From Eledone cirrhosa (lineage: Eukaryota): a DNA stretch of 64,000 nucleotides. The position numbers were made by a program, and so were the translations under genes. Where the stretch lies: assembly GCA_964016885.1 (NCBI GenBank), contig OZ024763.1:16554001-16618000 (forward strand), in the 5' to 3' direction. The number at the start of each line of letters is the position of its first letter. Position 1 is the stretch's first letter. Positions 56,554 through 64,000 of the stretch are shown one piece after another. The notes under the pieces were generated by a model. It did no database searches. It had not been told where the DNA came from and saw only the letters and a program-made list of their open reading frames with translations.

Positions 56554-56934
56554 TTATTCAGTGATTTTTTACATACTTGACCTCCCTTCCAACACAGGAG
56601 ACATATAGAAATATATGTATATATTGATACACAGTGGGTTGACATCCATTATAATAATATAGCATGGCAATTTACATACAAGATTACAGTCATATTAAAG
56701 GACAAAATTAATGTTAAAATTAAAATAAAACATTGGCAGTTTACGAAGATAAAGCAAGAGGATTGTTTGAAGTAGCCAGTGTATGCAACAGTCAGACGTG
56801 AGGCATGCACGCGTGTCCTATTTATACAAGATTACAGTGCGGCAGAGTGTTACATGTAATACAAGCAGTCTAAGCGGGCAATCAAGAGCATCATGGGGGC
56901 TGTACTGGTAAAGCATTTTTTATATATACATGTA

Positions 56935-57222
56935 CTATATAGAAGCCTGTGTGTAGAGAAACACCAAAAATATTACAAATGAGAAGCAAAACAACACCAC
57001 GGCCCTTGAACACACCACCACTCTCACAATCTAGGAAACGCAATTTATAGACTACATGTCCCTCACACAATCCACAATGATTCAACATTAGGTGCCTGAT
57101 GAACCATGTTAGAACATCACAGCTTGTCATTCTCTAATTCGATTCTATAGAGCAGGTTGTTTTTGTTTTGCTTCTCATTTGTAATATTTTTGGTGTTTCT
57201 CTACACACAGGCTTCTATATAG
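56935..57222. repeat. Inverted repeat (arms ~56935-56995 and ~57162-57222)
   Basis: CTATATAGAAGCCTGTGTGTAGAGAAACACCAAAAATATTACAAATGAGAAGCAAAAC and its reverse complement. Confidence 0.85.
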
Positions 57223-57275
57223 AGCTCAAGGCGTTTCAACGGCTATTTATGGACTGGGCTCAAGCAATACCTCCG

Positions 57276-60200
57276 ACCATCTGTAGACAGTTGCATGGAC
57301 CAGCAGTGTCTGTAGCTATTGATTCTGGGTTTAATTCTCATCTCTGATCATCAGCAGACAGTTGCATGGACCAGCAGTGTCTGTAGCTATTGATTCTCGG
57401 TTTAATTCTCATCTCTGATCATCAGCAGACAGTTGCATGGACCAGCAGTGTCTGTAGCTATTGATTCTCGGTTTAATTCTCATCTCTGATCATTAGCAGA
57501 CAGTTGCATGGACCAGCAGTGTCTGTAGCTATTGATTCTGGGTTTAATTCTCATCTCTGATCATCAGCAGACAGTTGCATGGACCAGCAGTGTCTGTAGC
57601 TATTGATTCTCGGTTTAATTCTCATCTCTGATCATTAGCAGACAGTTGCATGGACCAGCAGTGTCTGTAGCTATTGATTCTGGGTTTAATTCTCATCTCT
57701 GATCATCAGCAGACAGTTGCATGGACCAGCAGTGTCTGTAGCTATTGATTCTCGGTTTAATTCTCATCTCTGATCATTAGCAGACAGTTGCATGGACCAG
57801 CAGTGTCTGTAGCTGTTGATTCTCGGTTTAATTCTCATCTCTGATCATTAGCAGACAGTTGCATGGACCAGCAGTGTCTGTAGCTATTGATTCTCGGTTT
57901 AATTCTCATCTCTGATCATCAGTAGACAGTTGCATGGACCAGCAGTGTCTGTAGCTGTTGATTCTTGGTTTAATTCTCATCTCTGATCATCAACAGACAG
58001 TTGCATGGACCAGCAGTGTCTGTAGCTGTTGATTCTCGGTTTAATTCTCATCTCTGATCATTAGCAGACAGTTGCATGGACCAGCAGTGTCTGTAGCTAT
58101 TGATTCTCGGTTTAATTCTCATCTCTGATCATCAGTAGACAGTTGCATGGACCAGCAGTGTCTGTAGCTGTTGATTCTTGGTTTAATTCTCATCTCTGAT
58201 CATCAACAGACAGTTGCATGGACCAGCAGTGTCTGTAGCTGTTGATTCTCGGTTTAATTCTCATCTCTGATCATCAACAGACAGTTGCATGGACCAGCAG
58301 TGTCTGTAGCTGTTGATTCTTGGTTTAATTCTCATCTCTGATCATCAACAGACAGTTGCATGGACCAGCAGTGTCTGTAGCTGTTGATTCTCGGTTTAAT
58401 TCTCATCTCTGATCATCAACAGACAGTTGCATGGACCAGCAGTGTCTGTAGCTGTTGATTCTCGGTTTAATTCTCATCTCTGATCATCTGTAGACAGTTG
58501 CATGGACCAGCAGTGTCTGTAGCTGTTGATTCTGGGTTTAATTCTCATCTCTGATCATCAACAGACAGTTGCATGGACCAGCAGTGTCTGTAGCTGTTGA
58601 TTCTGGGTCTAATTCTCATCTCTCATCATCAACAGACAGTTGCATGGACCAGCAGTGTCTGTAGCTGTTGATTCTCGGTTTAATTCTCATCACTGACCGT
58701 CAACAGACAGTTGCATGGACCAGCAGTGTCTGTAGCTGTTGATTCTCGGTTTAATCCTCATCTCTGACCATCAACAGACAGTTGCATGGACCAGCAGTGT
58801 CTGTAGCTGTTGATTCTCGGTTTAATTCTCATCTCTGATCATCAACAGACAGTTGCATTGACCAGCAGTGTCTGTAGCTGTTGATTCAGGGTTTAATTCT
58901 CATCTCGGATCATCAACAGACAGTTGCATGGACCAGCAGTGTCTGTAGCTGTTGATTCAGGGTTTAATTCTCATCTCTGATCATCAGCAGACAGTTGCAT
59001 TGACCAACAGTGTCTGTAGCTGTTGATTCTCGGTTTAATTCTCATCTATGATCATCAACAGACAGTTGCATGGACCAGCAGTGTCTGTAGCTGTTGATTC
59101 TCGGTTTAATTCTCATCTCTGATCATCAGCAGACAGTTGCATTGACCAACAGTGTCTGTAGCTGTTGATTCTCGGTTTAATTCTCATCTCTGATCATCAA
59201 CAGACAGTTGCATTGACCAACAGTGTCTGTAGCTGTTGATTCTCGGTTTAATTCTCATCTCTGATCATCAACAGACAGTTGCATGGACCAGCAGTGTCTG
59301 TAGCTGGTGATTCTCGGTTTAATTCTCATCTCTGACCATCAACAGACAGTTGCATGGACCAGCAGTGTCTGTAGCTGTTGATTCTCGGTTTAATTCTGAT
59401 CTCTGATCATCAACAGACAGTTGCATGGACCAGTAGTGTCTGTAGCTGTTGATTCTGGGTTTAATTCTCATCTCTGATCATCTGTAGACAGTTGCATGGA
59501 CCAGCAGTGTCTGTAGCTGTTGATTCTCGGTTTAATTCTCATCTCTGATCATCAACAGACAGTTGCATGGACCAGCAGTGTCTGTAGCTGTTGATTCTTG
59601 GTTTAATTCTCATCTCTGATCATCAACAGACAGTTGCATGGACCAACAGTGTCTGTAGCTGTTGATTCAGGGTTTAATTCTCATCTCTGATCATCAACAG
59701 ACAGTTACATGGACCAGCAGTGTCTGTAGCTGTTGATTCTCGGTCTAATTCTCATCTCTGACCATCAACAGACAGTTGCATGGACCAGCAGTGTCTGTAG
59801 CTGTTGATTCTTGGTCTAATTCTCATCTCTGATCATCTGTAGACAGTTGCATGGACCAGCAGTGTCTGTAGCTGTTGATTCTCGGTTTAATTCTTATCTC
59901 TGATCATCAACAGACAGTTGCATGGACCAGCAGTGTCTGTAGCTGTTGATTCTCGGTTTAATTCTCATCTCTGATCATCAACAGACAGTTGTATGGACCA
60001 GCAGTGTCTGTAGCTGTTGATTCTTGGTTTAATTCTCATCTCTGATCATCAACAGACAGTTGCATGGACCAACAGTGTCTGTAGCTGTTGATTCTCGGTC
60101 TAATTCTCATCTCTGATCATCTGTAGACAGTTGCATGGACCAGCAGTGTCTGTAGCTGTTGATTCTGGATTTAATTCTCATCTCTGATCATCAACAGACA

Positions 60201-63200
60201 GTTGCATGGACCAGCAGTGTCTGTAGCTGTTGATTCAGGGTTTAATTCTCATCTCTGACCATCAACAGACAGTTGCATGGACCAGCAGTGTCTGTAGCTG
60301 TTGATTCAGGGTTTAATTCTCATCTCTGACCATCAACAGACAGTTGCATGGACCAGCAGTGTCTGTAGCTGTTGATTCTGGGTTTAATTCTCATCTCTGA
60401 CCATCAACAGACAGTTGCATGGACCAGCAGTGTCTGTAGCTGTTGATTCTGGGTTTAATTCTCATCTCTGACCATCAACAGACAGTTGCATGGACCAGCA
60501 GTGTCTGTAGCTGTTGATTCTGGGTTTAATTCTCATCTCTGATCATCAACAGACAGTTGCATGGACCAGCAGTGTCTGTAGCTGTTGATTCTTGGTTTAA
60601 TTCTCATCTCTGATCATCAACAGACAGTTGCATGGACCAACAGTGTCTGTAGCTGTTGATTCAGGGTTTAATTCTCATCTCTGATCATCAACAGACAGTT
60701 ACATGGACCAGCAGTGTCTGTAGCTGTTGATTCTCGGTCTAATTCTCATCTCTGACCATCAACAGACAGTTGCATGGACCAGCAGTGTCTGTAGCTGTTG
60801 ATTCTTGGTCTAATTCTCATCTCTGATCATCTGTAGACAGTTGCATGGACCAGCAGTGTCTGTAGCTGTTGATTCTCGGTTTAATTCTCATCTCTGATCA
60901 TCAACAGACAGTTGCATGGACCAGCAGTGTCTGTAGCTGTTGATTCTCGGTTTAATTCTCATCTCTGATCATCAACAGACAGTTGTATGGACCAGCAGTG
61001 TCTGTAGCTGTTGATTCTTGGTTTAATTCTCATCTCTGATCATCAACAGACAGTTGCATGGACCAACAGTGTCTGTAGCTGTTGATTCTCGGTCTAATTC
61101 TCATCTCTGATCATCTGTAGACAGTTGCATGGACCAGCAGTGTCTGTAGCTGTTGATTCTCGGTTTAATTCTCATCTCTGATCATCAGCAGACAGTTGCA
61201 TTGACCAACAGTGTCTGTAGCTGTTGATTCTGGGTTTAATTCTCATCTCTGACCATCAACAGACAGTTGCATGGACCAGCAGTGTCTGTAGCTATTGATT
61301 CTCGGTTTAATTCTCATCTCTGATCATCAGTAGACAGTTGCATGGACCAGCAGTGTCTGTAGCTGTTGATTCTTGGTTTAATTCTCATCTCTGACCATCA
61401 ACAGACAGTTGCATGGACCAGCAGTGTCTGTAGCTGTTGATTCTTGGTCTAATTCTCATCTCTGATCATCTGTAGACAGTTGCATGGACCAGCAGTGTCT
61501 GTAGCTGTTGATTCTCGGTCTAATTCTCATCTCTGATCATCTGTAGACAGTTGCATGGACCAGCAGTGTCTGTAGCTGTTGATTCTGGGTTTAATTCTCA
61601 TCTCTGATCATCAACAGACAGTTGCATGGACCAGCAGTGTCTGTAGCTGTTGATTCTTGGTTTAATTCTCATCTCTGATCATCAACAGACAGTTGCATGG
61701 ACCAACAGTGTCTGTAGCTGTTGATTCAGGGTTTAATTCTCATCTCTGATCATCAACAGACAGTTGCATGGACCAGCAGTGTCTGTAGCTGTTGATTCTC
61801 GGTTTAATTCTCATCTCTGATCATCAACAGACAGTTGCATGGACCAGCAGTGTCTGTAGCTGTTGATTCTCGGTTTAATTCTCATCTCTGACCATCAACA
61901 GACAGTTGCATGGACCAGCAGTGTCTGTAGCTGTTGATTCTGGGTTTAATTCTCATCTCTGACCATCAACAGACAGTTGCATGGACCAGCAGTGTCTGTA
62001 GCTGTTGATTCTGGGTTTAATTCTCATCTCTGACCATCAACAGACAGTTGCATGGACCAGCAGTGTCTGTAGCTGTTGATTCTGGGTTTAATTCTCATCT
62101 CTGACCATCAACAGACAGTTGCATGGACCAGCAGTGTCTGTAGCTGTTGATTCTGGGTTTAATTCTCATCTCTGACCATCAACAGACAGTTGCATGGACC
62201 AGCAGTGTCTGTAGCTGTTGATTCTGGGTTTAATTCTCATCTCTGACCATCTGTAGACAGTTGCATGGACCAGCAGTGTCTGTAGCTGTTGATTCTGGGT
62301 TTAATTCTCATCTCTGACCATCAACAGACAGTTGCATGGACCAGCAGTGTCTGTAGCTGTTGATTCAGGGTTTAATTCTCATCTCTGACCATCAACAGAC
62401 AGTTGCATGGACCAGCAGTGTCTGTAGCTGTTGATTCTGGGTTTAATTCTCATCTCTGACCATCAACAGACAGTTGCATGGACCAGCAGTGTCTGTAGCT
62501 GTTGATTCTGGGTTTAATTCTCATCTCTGACCATCAACAGACAGTTGCATGGACCAGCAGTGTCTGTAGCTGTTGATTCTGGGTTTAATTCTCATCTCTG
62601 ACCATCAACAGACAGTTGCATGGACCAGCAGTGTCTGTAGCTGTTGATTCTGGGTTTAATTCTCATCTCTGACCATCAACAGACAGTTGCATGGACCAGC
62701 AGTGTCTGTAGCTGTTGATTCTGGATTTAATTCTCATCTCTGATCATCAACAGACAGTTGCATGGACCAGCAGTGTCTGTAGCTGTTGATTCTGGATTTA
62801 ATTCTCATCTCTGATCATCAACAGACAGTTGCATGGACCAGCAGTGTCTGTAGCTGTTGATTCTGGATTTAATTCTCATCTCTGATCATCAACAGACAGT
62901 TGCATGGACCAGCAGTGTCTGTAGCTGTTGATTCTGGATTTAATTCTCATCTCTGATCATCAACAGACAGTTGCATGGACCAGCAGTGTCTGTAGCTGTT
63001 GATTCTGGATTTAATTCTCATCTCTGACCATCAACAGACAGTTACATGGACCAGCAGTGTCTGTAGCTGTTGATTCAGGGTTTAATTCTCATCTCTGATC
63101 ATCAACAGACAGTTGCATGGACCAGCAGTGTCTGTAGCTGTTGATTCAGGGTTTAATTCTCATCTCTGACCATCAACAGACAGTTTCATGGACCAGCAGT

Positions 63201-64000
63201 GTCTGTAGCTGTTGATTCAGGGTTTAATTCTCATCTCTGACCATCAACAGACAGCTGCATGGACCAGCAGTGTCTGTAGCTGTTGATTCTGGGTTTAATT
63301 CTCATCTCTGATCATCAACAGACAGTTGCATGGACCAGCAGTGTCTGTAGCTGTTGATTCAGGGTTTAATTCTCATCTCTGATCATCAACAGACAGTTGC
63401 ATGGACCAGCAGTGTCTGTAGCTGTTGATTCAGGGTTTAATTCTCATCTCTGACCATCAACAGACAGTTGCATGGACCAGCAGTGTCTGTAGCTGTTGAT
63501 TCAGGGTTTAATTCTCATCTCTGACCATCAACAGACAGTTGCATGGACCAGCAGTGTCTGTAGCTGTTGATTCAGGGTTTAATTCTCATCTCTGACCATC
63601 AACAGACAGTTGCATGGACCAGCAGTGTCTGTAGCTGTTGATTCAGGGTTTAATTCTCATCTCTGATCATCAACAGACAGTTGCATGGACCAGCAGTGTC
63701 TGTAGCTGTTGATTCTGGGTTTAATTCTCATCTCTGATCATCAACAGACAGTTGCATGGACCAGCAGTGTCTGTAGCTGTTGATTCAGGGTTTAATTCTC
63801 ATCTCTGACCATCAACAGACAGTTGCATGGACCAGCAGTGTCTGTAGCTGTGGATTCAGGGTTTAATTCTCATCTCTGACCATCAACAGACAGTTGCATG
63901 GACCAGCAGTGTCTGTAGCTGTTGATTCTGGGTTTAATTCTCATCTCTGATCATCAACAGACAGTTGCATGGACCAGCAGTGTCTGTAGCTGTTGATTCT
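57276..64000. repeat. 71-bp satellite (~95 copies, runs off the window end)
   Basis: Period 71 (TTGCATGG at 57291, 57362, 57433). Unit CATCAACAGACAGTTGCATGGACCAGCAGTGTCTGTAGCTGTTGATTCTCGGTTTAATTCTCATCTCTGAT. Confidence 0.98.

Noticed and set aside
57091-57120. CTGATGA followed by an ATGTT/AACAT hairpin
   Set aside because: No GAAA or stem III follows, so it is at best a truncated ribozyme.
57340-57420. Each satellite unit as a self-contained hammerhead (CTGATGA-TCA.GAGA.TGA-GAATT...AATC)
   Set aside because: It has GAAT rather than GAAA, stem I is not contiguous, and most units lack CTGA.

Overview
This is repeat-dominated, AT-rich animal DNA, intronic or intergenic; the SINE families suggest an octopus or other cephalopod (inference). 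I found no intact protein-coding gene, and nearly all long ORFs in the track are read-throughs of micro- or minisatellites. Recognisable parts are a non-autonomous LTR retroelement with a tRNA-Trp PBS (243-2384), several tRNA-derived SINE families with RTE-type tails, RTE and R4/Dong LINE 3' ends, a hAT (Buster/Charlie-like) transposase remnant, a Mutator-like composite insertion with a 9-bp TSD, and nine minisatellite/satellite arrays, several born from transposon pieces. The most striking signal is about 15 type-I hammerhead ribozyme (HHR) motifs of at least 7 sequence families. Most lie in short head-to-head inverted repeats embedded in (TA)n, as expected for Penelope-like element (PLE) pseudo-LTR or retrozyme-type insertions. 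They include a family with a CCGAAGA (U4C) core and families with 62-110 nt inserts replacing stem II. The terminal 6.7-kb 71-bp satellite appears to be amplified from one such ribozyme insert. All structures were read by eye and none was tested by computation.
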